From the NCBI GenBank assembly GCA_034522415.1, contig JAXHLH010000003.1, forward strand, positions 20,088-84,087: 64,000 bases of DNA. The letters run 5' to 3'. This document shows, piece after piece, positions 33,318 to 43,993 of this stretch. This DNA comes from Woeseiaceae bacterium (GTDB taxonomy: Bacteria; Pseudomonadota; Gammaproteobacteria; Steroidobacterales; Woeseiaceae). The notes beneath the pieces were generated by a model. The model was not told the DNA's origin. It ran no database searches and saw only the letters and a list, made by a program, of their open reading frames with translations. The position numbers and the translations under genes are program-made. Every line of letters starts with the position of its first letter. Within the stretch, counting starts at the first letter, position 1.

Positions 33318-35603
33318 CCATGGCAATACAAGCACACAAGACAGGCGCCCTGGCCGCTGCTGTCAGCCGGCGCACGTTCCTGGTCGGCAGTGCCGGTGCC
33401 GGGCTGGTCATGGGACTGGGCACCGTGCTGCCGGGCTGCAGCCGCGAGCAGGCGGCGGACGAAATGGCGGCGACCGGCGCGAGCCGCAGCTTCTCGCCGA
33501 CGGTATGGTTCGAAATGGACGCCGACGGGGCGACGCTCGTCAACATCGCCAAGGCCGAGATGGGCCAGCACGTCGGCACCGCGCTCGCACGCATCGTCGC
33601 CGACGAGCTGGGCGCGGCCTGGGAGCAGGTGACGATCCGGCATGTCGACAGCGACCCGCGCTGGGGCTACATGGTAACCGGCGGTTCCTGGTCGGTGTTC
33701 ACGTCGTGGACGACGTTGTCGCAGGCGGGCGCGGCCGGGCGTACCGTGCTGGTCGACGCCGGCGCGAAACTGCTTGGCGTCGAGCCGGCCGAATGCACGG
33801 CAGCGGACGGGCGCGTCACTGCCGGCGAGCGCTCGGTCAGCTACGCGGACATCGTGCGCGAGGGCGATATCGGGCGGAGTTTTACCGAGGAGGAACTGGC
33901 CGCGCTGCCGATCAAGCCGGCCGCCGAGCGGCGCTTTATCGGTGCGCCGACGGCGGCGCTCGACATTCCGCCCAAGGCACGCGGCGAGGCCACCTACGGT
34001 CTCGATGTCGAACTGCCGAACATGGTGTACGCACATCCGCTGCTGCCGCCGACACGCTATGGCAGCACGATTCGCTCCGTCGATGACGCGGCTGCAGAGG
34101 ACATTCCGGGCTACCTGCAGACGCTGCAAATGCGACGATCCCAGCGACATTATCCAGGGCTGGGCGGTGGTCGTCGCCGAATCGTTTCCGAGTGCCATGA
34201 AAGCGGCGCAAGCGGTGACCGTCGAATGGGAGCCCGGCGAGACGGCGAGCGTCAGCGAGGCCGACCTGCTCGAGGAAGGCGAGCGACTTGCGGCGGACAG
34301 CGTCAGCGGCGTGCTGGTCGTCGACGACGGCGACGTGGCCGCGGCGCGCGAGGCGGCGGCCGAGACGATGACAGGCCTCTACCGCACCTCGACCGCGCTG
34401 CACTTTACGCTGGAGCCACAAAACGCGCTGGTCGAATTCGACGCGGACGGTGTCTGCCATGTGCATGCCGGCAACCAGTGGCAGTCGCTGATCATCCCGG
34501 ATCTCGCGAAGGCGCTCGAGATATCGGAGAGCGACATCGTGTTGCATCAGTATTACCTCGGTGGCGGATTCGGCCGCCGGCTGTACGGCGACCAGATGAT
34601 TCCGGCGGCGCTCGCCGCGCGTGAACTCGGCCGGCCGGTGAAGCTCGTGTTCCAGCGTCCCGAGGACAGCCGCTTCGATTGTGTCCGGTCGGCGTCCGTG
34701 CAGCGTTTCGACGCATCGTTCGACAGCGACGGCGAACTGACCGGCATCGAGCATGCGGCAGTGGCCGGCTGGCCGACGCTGGCCATGGCGCCGGGCTTTC
34801 TCGCCGACGGCGTCGACGGGAGCGGCAAGTTCGACATGTTTTCAGTGAGCGGCGCCGATCGCTGGTACACGCTGCCGGCGCACCGCGTGCGGGCCGTCAA
34901 CAACGACCTGGCGCAACGCACGTTCCTGCCCGGCTGGTTGCGCGCGGTCGGCCCGGGCTGGGTCGGCTGGGGCGTCGAGAGCTTCATGGACGAGCTGGCG
35001 CTGAAGGCGGGTGTCGACCCGATCGAGTTCCGCCTGGCGCGGCTCGATGCGAGCGGCAAGAACAGCGGCAAGGCGCCGGAGGCCGTGGGCGGCGCCAACC
35101 GGCTGGCGGCCGTGCTGCGCGACGTACGCGAGCGCAGCGGCTGGGGACGCGAACTGCCGGACGGCGAGGGCATGGGCGTCGCCGTCTGCCACGGGCAGGA
35201 ACGCACGATGCCGACCTGGATCGCCTGCGTGGCGCACGTTGCCGTCGATCCCGACAGCAAGGACGTGACCGTGAAAAAGCTCTGGCAGTCGATCGACTGC
35301 GGCACCGTGGTGCATCCCGACGGCGCCATGGCGCAGGCGGAAGGCGCCGCGTTGTGGGGCGTGAGTCTCGCGCTGCACGAGGGTGCGCGCTTCGAAAACG
35401 GGCAGGTCGTCGAGCGCAACCTGGACGCTTGCACGCCGTTGCGCATGGCCGACGTGCCGGAACTCGACATCGTGTTCATGGACAGCACCGAGATGCCGAC
35501 GGGCCTCGGCGAGCCGCCGCTGATCCCGGTACCGCCGGCGATCGGCAACGCCGTCTACGCGGCGACCGGCATACGCGCGCGCGATTTGCCGATACGGCTT
35601 TGA
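33314..35603 (+). CDS. iorB: Isoquinoline 1-oxidoreductase-like beta subunit (molybdopterin; Tat signal; frameshift near 34135)
   Basis: SRRTFL Tat motif, [33 protein letters not shown]. Confidence 0.88.
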
Positions 35604-35659
35604 CCGGGACCGGAGTGCCGCCGGCGGTGCCTCGCCGGCGGCTTCTACCGCGCAGTCTC

Positions 35660-36097
35660 CTAGCTGAGGATTCCCTTGCGACGTGACGTGCGCGCGAACG
35701 CGACCAGGATCAGCGCGATGACGATGACGAGCAGCGGCAGTATTGCGCCGGTCCAGCCAAACACCGCGAGTGCTTCGCTCATGAAAAGCGTGTGGCCCAT
35801 CTGCAGGAAAATGGCCACGAGCGACACCGCGAACATTGCGACCGCCCAGACCTTTCGCAACAGGAGCCCGATTGCGCCCAGCGTGCCGGCGAACACGGCG
35901 ATGGCGTAGGCGCCCGTCACCCAGGCCGGGATGTCGGCGTAGAGCATGCGCTGCTCTTCGGGAAGTTCGGCCATCGCCTCGGGCGTCATCGTGACCTGCA
36001 TGATGTAAGCCATGACACCGAAGAGATTCCAGAGCAGTGCAACGATGCTGATTACCCAGTAGCTGCGGTCGGGCTTCGCGTCCAGAGAGTCCGCCAT
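35660..36097 (-). CDS. Four-TM hypothetical membrane protein
   Basis: YWVISIVALLWNLFG..PAWVTGAYAIAVF; GGAGGAG RBS. Confidence 0.8.
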   Translation of the reverse strand: MADSLDAKPDRSYWVISIVALLWNLFGVMAYIMQVTMTPEAMAELPEEQRMLYADIPAWVTGAYAIAVFAGTLGAIGLLLRKVWAVAMFAVSLVAIFLQMGHTLFMSEALAVFGWTGAILPLLVIVIALILVAFARTSRRKGILS

Positions 36098-36198
36098 TAC
36101 CGTCTCCTCCTTGTTGTTTTTTCTTGTCGTGGCGACACGCGCATTGCACGCGTCTCAGGCGGGCAGTTTGCGCCGCATCCGCGGGGCGCGCAAGCGAG

Positions 36199-37065
36199 TT
36201 ACCGGTCCCCGCCGTCCCATGCGACGCGGGTCGCGGCCTGCTCGAGCCGACGGCGGTTGGCCGCGGTGGCGGCCGGTTCCGAGTCGCCGAAGATCGCCCG
36301 CACCCAGTGTCCGTCGGTCGGGTTGGGCAGCAGGATGAAGTCATCGCCCCACGCGTCGCGGTCGCGTTCCATGAGGCGCAGGCGTTCGTCGACGTCGGTC
36401 ACGTAGTAGTCGCGGCGGAAGTCGTTCAGGTTGTCACCGAGCATCAGGGCGATATCGAAACGCGTCTCGATGGAGCGGCGCGCCGGCGTCTTGTCGGACG
36501 TGTCGCGGAAGACGGTCAGGTGATCGGAGTCGGCATACGGGAACGCGAGTTCCACGAGTTGTGCCAGCGCGTAGTCGTACGTGTGTTCGCCCTGGTCGCG
36601 GCTGGTCACGTAGAAAACCTCGACGTCGCGCTCCGCACAGTACCCGAAAAACCCGCGTGAGCCGGGCACCGCTGTCATCAGGTTGTGCGGCAGCCATTCG
36701 TCCCAGGTGGCGTCGTCGAAGAAATCCATGCCGTTCTCGACGAGATAGCCCCAGTAGCTGTTGGCGTGCAGGATCGTGGCGTCCATGTCGGTGATGACGG
36801 CCAGCGGCCGGTCGCCGACACGACGTTCGGCGAGCGCGAGGTCGAGCCGCAGCCGGGCGAGATTGTAGGCCTGGTGGCACAGCGCCTGGAACTCGGCGGC
36901 CGTCTGCTGCCACGCGAGCGCCCACAGCAGGGGGTTGCACGGTCCGTCATCCGCCGCTGCCGTGTCCGCACGGGCAACACCGAGCGCCGGGACGGCGCCC
37001 CCGGCCAGCAGCAGGCCCAGCACGCGCCGGCGCGCGGCATCCTTCAGGCTGTTCTCGTCCCTCAT
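36199..37065 (-). CDS. Class C acid phosphatase / 5'-nucleotidase, e(P4) family
   Basis: WQQTAAEFQALCHQAYNLA, DMDATIL (DxD), YVTSR, LGDNLNDF, LPNP; twin-Arg-like signal. Confidence 0.87.
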   Translation of the reverse strand: MRDENSLKDAARRRVLGLLLAGGAVPALGVARADTAAADDGPCNPLLWALAWQQTAAEFQALCHQAYNLARLRLDLALAERRVGDRPLAVITDMDATILHANSYWGYLVENGMDFFDDATWDEWLPHNLMTAVPGSRGFFGYCAERDVEVFYVTSRDQGEHTYDYALAQLVELAFPYADSDHLTVFRDTSDKTPARRSIETRFDIALMLGDNLNDFRRDYYVTDVDERLRLMERDRDAWGDDFILLPNPTDGHWVRAIFGDSEPAATAANRRRLEQAATRVAWDGGDR

Positions 37066-37105
37066 GACATCTCCCCCGCACAAACCCCCATTGTAGAACC
37101 ACCCC

Positions 37106-37266
37106 GGCCTTTTCAGCGGCCTTTTCAGGACACTCACCGGAGGGCCTTTTCAGGACACTCACCGGAAGTTCGGGTGCGTGTCCTCATTGGGGGTTCTTTT
37201 CAGGACACCCGCCAAAGCCTTTTCAGGAGCCCCACCAGGGTTTCCGGTGAGTGTCCTCATTGGGGG
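37106..37266. repeat. REP-like cluster of nested direct and inverted repeats
   Basis: CTTTTCAG x5; GGCCTTTTCAGGACACTCACCGGA x2 (37118, 37143); GTGTCCTCATTGGGGG x2 (37178, 37251); TCCGGTGAGTGTCCT (37243-37257) is the exact reverse complement of AGGACACTCACCGGA. Confidence 0.85.
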
Positions 37267-37283
37267 TGGCAGGATTTGCGGAA

Positions 37284-37318
37284 CTGTATATACTCACAGG
37301 TACTGTTTTTTTGTACAG
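37284..37318 (+). promoter_or_regulatory. Two LexA SOS boxes (CTGT-N8-ACAG)
   Basis: CTGTATATACTCACAG (37284-37299) and CTGTTTTTTTGTACAG (37303-37318), immediately upstream of lexA. Confidence 0.93.
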
Positions 37319-37328
37319 GAATCCTGCG

Positions 37329-37946
37329 ATGGAACAGCTGACGCCACGGCAAAAACAGATTCTCGAGATGATTCAGGCGTTTATTGCGGATTACGGCATG
37401 CCGCCGACGCGCGCGGAGATCGCGCAGTCGCTGGGTTTCAAGTCCGTCAACGCGGCCGAGGATCACCTGCGGGCGTTGCAGCGCAAGGGCGTGCTGGAGC
37501 TCAAGCCCGGTGCGTCGCGGGGCATCCAGCTGAAGGATTCGCTGCGCGACCAGCTGGGCCTGCCGCTGATCGGCCGGGTCGCGGCCGGCAGCCCGATCCT
37601 GGCCGAGGAACACATCGAGACCCATTACCGCCTCGACCCGGCGCTGTTCCGGCCCAGGCCGCATTACCTGCTGCGGGTCTACGGCATGAGCATGAAAAAC
37701 GCCGGCATCCTGGACGGCGACCTGGTGGCCGTGCATCGCACACCCGAAGTCCGCAGCCGGCAGATCGTCGTCGCCCGCCTCGACGACGAGGTGACGGTAA
37801 AGCGCTATCGCCAGGACGGCAGCGTCGTCTGGCTGTTGCCGGAGAACGACGAGTTCGAGCCGATCCAGGTCAACCTGAGCGAACAGGCGATGGTGATCGA
37901 GGGTGTCGTCGTCGGCGTCATTCGCGATGGCCTGCCGTTGCATTGA
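37329..37946 (+). CDS. lexA: SOS repressor LexA
   Basis: [27 protein letters not shown] cleavage site, GMSM, EVTVKR. Confidence 0.97.
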   Translation: MEQLTPRQKQILEMIQAFIADYGMPPTRAEIAQSLGFKSVNAAEDHLRALQRKGVLELKPGASRGIQLKDSLRDQLGLPLIGRVAAGSPILAEEHIETHYRLDPALFRPRPHYLLRVYGMSMKNAGILDGDLVAVHRTPEVRSRQIVVARLDDEVTVKRYRQDGSVVWLLPENDEFEPIQVNLSEQAMVIEGVVVGVIRDGLPLH

Positions 37947-37978
37947 CTGGCTGACACCTTCCGGCACAGACGGCGACC

Positions 37979-38647
37979 GTGAACGAGGCCCTGGAAAACC
38001 TCCTGCAAAGCCCGCGCCTGTGGCGCGGGCAGGCACAGGGCAACGCCTGGCAGGGGCTCCCCACCGGGTACCCGCGGCTGGACGAGCACCTGCCAGGGGG
38101 CGGCTGGCCGCGGCGCTCGCTGACCGAGATCCTGCTGACGCATTACGGCAGCGGCGAACTCAAGCTGCTGATGCCGGCGCTCGCGATGCTCAGCCGGCCC
38201 CGGCCGGCGCAGGATACGGCGGATGGCGCCGAAGCCGGCTGGCTCGCCTGGGTGGCGCCGCCGTTCCAGCCCTATCCGCCGGCCCTGTTGCAGTGGGGCA
38301 TCGACCTGGCGCGCGTGCTGATCGTGCGCCCGCGCGCGCAGCGCGATGCGTTGTGGGCGGCCGAGCAGGCACTTACCTCCGGTAACTGCGCGGCCGTGCT
38401 GTTGTGGTCGGATGCGCAGGATCTCACCGCCAGCCGGCGACTGCAGCTTGCCGCCGAACAGGGCGGCAGCTGGGCGATCGCGTTCCGGCCGGTGCAGGCT
38501 CGCGGCGAACCGTCCGCCGCGGCCCTGCGTCTCGAGCTCAAAACCGGTGCCCGCGGCACCGACATTCATATCCTGAAGAACCGTGGCGGCCGTCCGGCCG
38601 CCGTGCACGGCGTCATTCACGACTACGCGTCCCTGCCGGGAAACTGA
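37979..38647 (+). CDS. imuA: Translesion synthesis protein ImuA
   Basis: PTGYPRLDEHLPGGGWP, GSGELKLLMPAL, ALWAAEQAL and RRLQLAA motifs. Confidence 0.92.
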   Translation: MNEALENLLQSPRLWRGQAQGNAWQGLPTGYPRLDEHLPGGGWPRRSLTEILLTHYGSGELKLLMPALAMLSRPRPAQDTADGAEAGWLAWVAPPFQPYPPALLQWGIDLARVLIVRPRAQRDALWAAEQALTSGNCAAVLLWSDAQDLTASRRLQLAAEQGGSWAIAFRPVQARGEPSAAALRLELKTGARGTDIHILKNRGGRPAAVHGVIHDYASLPGN

Positions 38648-38675
38648 CCGTCATGGGCGAGCAGGCAGCACTCCC

Positions 38676-40355
38676 GTGACACGGCGGGACGCGAACCCGA
38701 CGCCGGCTGTTCGGCACCCCGTTCGTCAACGGCCGGTGCAGCAGACCCTGTCGCTGGCGCCGGCGAACGATGCGCTGCCGCGACGGTTGCCGCCGTCGCG
38801 TGCCGTGCATGCCGACGCATTGTGGTTGTGCCTGTACCTGCCGGCCCTGCCGCTCGAAGCCGCACGACGACCGGCGGATGCCGGCGAGGCGAACATTCCG
38901 TACGCCGTGTTCGAGGAGCAGCAGGGCGTGCGGCAGATCCTGATGGCGACGCCGGCGGCAGAGGCCGCCGGCGTGCATGCCGGCCTGCCGGTCAATGCGG
39001 CGCTGGCACTCGTGCCCGGTTTGCTGCTGGCGGAACGCGACGGCGCCCGCGAACGGCGGCAGCTCGAGACGCTGGCCGCATGGGCCGAACGTTACACGTC
39101 GTTCGTCGTCAGTGAGCCGCCGGCGACACTGCTGCTGGAGATTGCCGCCAGCCTGCGGCTGTTCAACGGCCTGCGGGCGCTGCGCCGGCAGATCGTCACG
39201 GCTCTCGCGGCGCGCGGCCACCGGGCGCAGCCGGCCATCGCGCCGACGCCGCTGGCAGCAACCTGGCTGGCGCGTGCCGGCAGCCGCCGCTGCCTCGTCG
39301 ACGCGGCTCGCCTGAACAGCGCGCTGGCCGGCCTGCCGCTGGACTGCCTGGACTGGCCGGCGCGGCTGCACTCGACGCTGCGGGGCATGGGCGTGGCGTG
39401 CGTGGGCGACCTGTTGCGGCTGCCGCGCGCGGGATTCGCGCGGCGCTTCGGCGCCGACCGCCTGCTGGCGCTGGATCGCGCCCTCGGCCGGGCGCCGGAT
39501 CCGCGCCGGCACTTTCGCGCGCCGCCGCGATTTTGCGAAAACTGCGACCTGGATGCCGAGCAGAGCGACAGCGAGCTGCTGCTCGGCGCTTGCGAGCACC
39601 TGCTTACGCGTCTCGAGCATTTCCTGCGAACGCGCCAGCTTGCCGCGCAACGCCTGCACTTCCGGTTTTTTCACCGCCACGAACCGGCGACGCCGCTGAC
39701 GCTGGGTTGCCTGCAGGCCGGGCAGAACAGCGCCCGCTGGCTGGAGCTGCTGCGTCTCCGTCTCGAGGCGCTGGCGCTGCCGGCGCCGGTCATCGCGATC
39801 CGGCTCTGCGCCGGTGACGAGGAAGGCAACGGTCATTGCCAGCCGTTCGTCGCCGACACGGCCGGCCTGGCGCTGGCCGGCGGTGAGAGAGCGAGCGCGC
39901 CCGCGACCCGGCTCGTCGAGCGGCTGGCGGCACGCATCGGCGAGGCGGCCGTGCACGGTGTCGACACGGTGGCCGAGCACCGGCCGGAATACGCCTGGCA
40001 GGCGCGCCACGCGCCGGAGGAACTGCCGCAGTGCCGCGCGGCCACGGCGCCGCTCCCCGGCGGGCAGGCGGCACTGCCGCACGGCACCCTCGGTCGCGCG
40101 CAACGGCTGTTGCTGCGGCGGCCGCTGTGGATGCTGGAGCGTCCCGAAGCGCTCGCCTGCCGGGGGCAGCGGCCATGCTACCGGGGCGTGCTGACGTTCG
40201 CCGCGGGACCCGAGCGCATCGAGACCGGCTGGTGGGATGCCGACGGCATCGCCCGTGATTACTACGTCGTGCGCAATCCGGATGGCTGCTACCTGTGGAT
40301 TTTCAAAAACCGCGGCGGTGACCGCGGCTGGTACCTGCACGGCATGTTCGGCTGA
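38676..40355 (+). CDS. imuB: ImuB, inactive Y-family polymerase
   Basis: [55 protein letters not shown]. Start approximate. Confidence 0.92.
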   Translation: MTRRDANPTPAVRHPVRQRPVQQTLSLAPANDALPRRLPPSRAVHADALWLCLYLPALPLEAARRPADAGEANIPYAVFEEQQGVRQILMATPAAEAAGVHAGLPVNAALALVPGLLLAERDGARERRQLETLAAWAERYTSFVVSEPPATLLLEIAASLRLFNGLRALRRQIVTALAARGHRAQPAIAPTPLAATWLARAGSRRCLVDAARLNSALAGLPLDCLDWPARLHSTLRGMGVACVGDLLRLPRAGFARRFGADRLLALDRALGRAPDPRRHFRAPPRFCENCDLDAEQSDSELLLGACEHLLTRLEHFLRTRQLAAQRLHFRFFHRHEPATPLTLGCLQAGQNSARWLELLRLRLEALALPAPVIAIRLCAGDEEGNGHCQPFVADTAGLALAGGERASAPATRLVERLAARIGEAAVHGVDTVAEHRPEYAWQARHAPEELPQCRAATAPLPGGQAALPHGTLGRAQRLLLRRPLWMLERPEALACRGQRPCYRGVLTFAAGPERIETGWWDADGIARDYYVVRNPDGCYLWIFKNRGGDRGWYLHGMFG

Positions 40356-40363
40356 GGCGTTGC

Positions 40364-43300
40364 ATGTACGCCGAGCTGCACGCCATCAGCAACTTCACGT
40401 TCCTGCGCGGTGCCTCGCACCCGGAAGAACTGGTCGCCACGGCCGCCAAGCTGGGTTACGCGGGACTCGCGCTGACGGACGAATGCTCGGTCTCCGGCAT
40501 TGTCCGCGCCCACGCCGCCGCCGGCGAGCAGGCCTCCGGCAACTCATCGTCGGCTCCGAGTTCCGCCTGCAGGACGGCCCCAGGCTCGTGGCGCTGGCCG
40601 CGAACCGGAACGGCTACGCTGCGCTGTGCCGGCTCATCACGCGCGGCCGCCGCGCCGCCGCGAAAGGGGCGTACCGCCTGCTGCGGGACGACCTTGCCGA
40701 CGGACTGCCGGGCTGCCTGCTGCTGTGGGTACCGGAGCGCGATCTCGCCGGCGAACCGGTCACGGCCGTTGCCGCGGCGCACGCCTGGCTCCGCGAGACG
40801 TTCGCGGGTCGCCTGTGGGTCGCCGTCGAGCTGCACGCCGACGGCCTGCACACGGAACGGCTGGCATGGCTCGAGCGGCTGGGCCGGGAACTGGCCCTGC
40901 CGCTGGTGGCCAGCGGCGACGTGCACATGCATTGCCGTGCGCGCCGGGCCCTGCAGGACACCGTGACGGCGATACGCGAGGGCGTGCCACTGGCGCACGC
41001 CGGTTACCACCTGTACCCGAACGGCGAGCGTTACCTGCGCGCACCGGCAGTGCTCGAGCGCCTGTACCCGCGGGCGTTGCTGGAGGAGAGCCTGCACATT
41101 GCCGGGCGCGTCGCGTTCTCGCTGGACGAACTGCGCTACGTCTACCCGCGCGAACTGGTGCCGCCCGGTGAAACGCCCGCGAGCTACCTGCGCCAGTTGA
41201 CGGTCGAGGGCATGCGGCGACGCTGGCCGGACGGCGTGCCGCGCAAGGTCGAGCGGCTCGTCGAACACGAACTCGTGCTGATCCGCGAGCTGGATTACGA
41301 AGCCTATTTCCTGACCGTCCACGATATCGTCGGCTTTCGCGCGGCGCGCGGGCATCCTGTGCCAGGGCCGCGGTTCGGCCGCCAACTCGGCGGTCTGCTT
41401 CTGTCTCGGCATCACCGAGGTCGATCCCGACCGCATGGCGACGCTGGTCGAGCGATTCATCTCGAAGGAGCGCAACGAGCCGCCGGACATCGACGTCGAC
41501 TTCGAGCACGAGCGGCGCGAGGAGGTCATCCAGTACATCTATGCCCGATACGGTCGCGACCGGGCCGCACTCGCCGCCACGGTCATCACCTACCGTGCCC
41601 GCAGCGCGTTGCGCGACGTCGGCAAGGCGCTCGGCCTCGCCGGCCGTGCAGGTCGAGCGGCTGGCACGCTCGATGCAATGGTGGGACAGTGCCGAGGTGC
41701 GACGACGGCCGCGTGCGCGAGGCCGGCCTCGACCCCGGCAGCCCGGTGATCCGGCGACTGCTCGTGGCTCGACGCGCCAGCTGCATCGGCTTCCCGCGGC
41801 ACCTGTCGCAGCACGTCGGCGGCTTCGTGCATCGCCGACGGGCCCGCTGTCGAGCTCGTGCCGATCGAGAACGCGGCGATGGCCGGACGCACCGTGATCC
41901 AGTGGGACAAGGACGACCTCGAGGCTCTCGGACTGCTGAAGGTGGATGTCCTCGGCCTGGGCATGCTGACGCGCGATCCGGCGCAGCTTCGACCTGATCC
42001 GGGCATTCGACGGCCGCGAGTACACGCTCGCGACCGTGCCGGCCGAGGACCCGCGGGTGTACGACATGATCTGCGAGGGCGACACGATGGGTGTGTTCCA
42101 GATCGAGTCGCGTGCGCAGATGGCGATGCTGCCGCGGCTCCGGCCGCGCTGCTTCTACGATCTGGTCATCGAGGTCGCGATCATCCGTCCCGGGCCGATC
42201 CAGGGCGACATGGTGCATCCGTATCTCCGGCGCCGTAACGGCGAGGAGCAGGTCGAGTACCCGAGTGACGAGGTGCGCGACGTGCTGTCACGCACGCTGG
42301 GCGTGCCGATTTTCCAGGAGCAGGTCATGCAGCTCGCCGTCGTCGCCGCCGGGTTCTCGCCGGGCGAGGCGGACCGCCTGCGGCGCGCGATGGCCGCATG
42401 GAAGCGACGCGGCGGACTCGGGTCTTTCGAGGACAAGCTGGTCGCCGGGATGCGCGCGCGCGGCTATTCGGAGGCGTTCGCGCGGCAGATTTTCCAGCAG
42501 ATTCTCGGCTTCGGCGAGTACGGCTTTCCCGAGTCGCACGTCGGCGAGCTTCGCGCTCCTGGTGCTACGTCTCCTGCCTGGCTCAAGCGCCATGAGCCGG
42601 CGGCCTTTTGCTGCGCCCTGCTGAACAGCCAGCCGATGGGCTTCTACTCGGCGTCGCAGCTGACGCAGGATGCACGCCGGCACGGTGTCGACATACGCCC
42701 GGTTGACGTCAACCGCAGCGACCGGGACTGCACGCTGGAGGCGGATGCCGCCGGCCGGGCGGCGCTGCGGCTCGGCCTGCGGCAGGTGCGCGGCCTGGCG
42801 GACGCGGCAGCAGAGCGCATTGTCGCGGCGCGGCCCGGGACGGGTTTCGCGAGCGTGGGGCAGCTTGCCGGGCGCGCGGTACTCAATCGCAGCGATCTCG
42901 ACGCCCTGGCGGCGGCCGGCGCGTTGCAGTCGCTGGCGGGGCATCGACACCTGGCGCGCTGGCGGGTCGCCGGGGTCGAGCCGCCGCTGCCGTTGCTGGG
43001 TGACAGCGAGGACGTCGAGCCGGCCCCGCTCCTGAAGCGGCCGACGGAAGGCCAGGACATCGTCGCGGACTACCGCAGCCTCGGGCTGACGCTGGCGCGC
43101 CACCCGCTCGCGCTGCTGCGCGGCCGGCTGCAACGGGACCGTTACCTCTGCGCCGCGGACCTGCCCGGCCGGCCCGACGGCCGGAGGGTCCGGGTCGCGG
43201 GCCTGGTCATCACGAAACAGCGACCGGGCACGGCTAGCGGCGTCACGTTCGTCACGCTGGAGGACGAGACGGGACACACCAACCTGGTCGTCTGGAAGAA

Positions 43301-43463
43301 CACGGCGGACACCCAGCGCCAGGCGTTGCTCAACGCGCAATTGCTGGGAGTTGACGGGGAATTGCAGATCGAGGGGGCGGTGATTCACGTCATCGTGCAC
43401 CGGCTGCACGACCTGACGCCCCTGCTCGGCGACCTGACGGTCAGGTCGCGCGATTTTCGCTGA
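40364..43463 (+). CDS. dnaE2: Error-prone DNA polymerase III alpha DnaE2/ImuC (multiple frameshifts)
   Basis: [61 protein letters not shown]-terminal SRDFR. Confidence 0.95.
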
Positions 43464-43493
43464 AAGCGGGCCCCGCAAGGGCAGGGCGGGTAT

Positions 43494-43802
43494 TCAGTCC
43501 TCGCCGTAGAGGTCGAACGAGTAGGTGTCCTCGAGGCTGCGGCTTTCCTGGATCTCCTCGAGCCGGCGGCGAATTTCCTTCTTGCGCGCCACGTCATCCG
43601 ACTTCGTCTTGTCCATCTCGGCCATCAGCTTTTCCACGTTCACTTCCATCGAAACATCCAGGGCATCGTCATCATCATCATCATCGTCATCGTCACCGGA
43701 CATGACCACGGTCTCGGAACCGTCGAAGTCCTCGTCCTCTTCGAGTTCCTCGTCGTCCACTTCCTCGTTATCTTCATCGTGTTCGGGTCGTTTGCTCGAC
43801 AT
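43494..43802 (-). CDS. Small highly acidic protein (PA3496-like C-terminus)
   Basis: MSSKRPEHDEDNEEVDDEELEE..poly-Asp..ARKKEIRRRLEEIQE; GAGG RBS. Confidence 0.75.
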   Translation of the reverse strand: MSSKRPEHDEDNEEVDDEELEEDEDFDGSETVVMSGDDDDDDDDDDALDVSMEVNVEKLMAEMDKTKSDDVARKKEIRRRLEEIQESRSLEDTYSFDLYGED

Positions 43803-43993
43803 GGCGTTGTCCTCACCAAGCAATCGGAACATTTTTCGCTTGACCGGCGCTGACACCGGCTGCCCGGATGACGTTGCCTGCCTGTATACCGCTAATGAAA
43901 GGGGGGTGCAAGATCGTATTCAGCAGTTTTCCGACCCGAAAATATCCCGGCGATGGCGGCCGCCAATTGTGTCGCGCCACATGACGGGCCGGT

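Noticed and set aside
37106-37266. CRISPR array
   Set aside because: Repeats are adjacent or nested with no unique 25-45-nt spacers and no cas genes; the pattern fits REP-like tandem palindromes better.
38613-40340. Long antisense ORFs opposite real genes (e.g. 575 aa opposite imuB, 502 aa opposite the acylase, 485 aa opposite trxB)
   Set aside because: Shadow ORFs typical of high-GC coding DNA, with no recognisable motifs.
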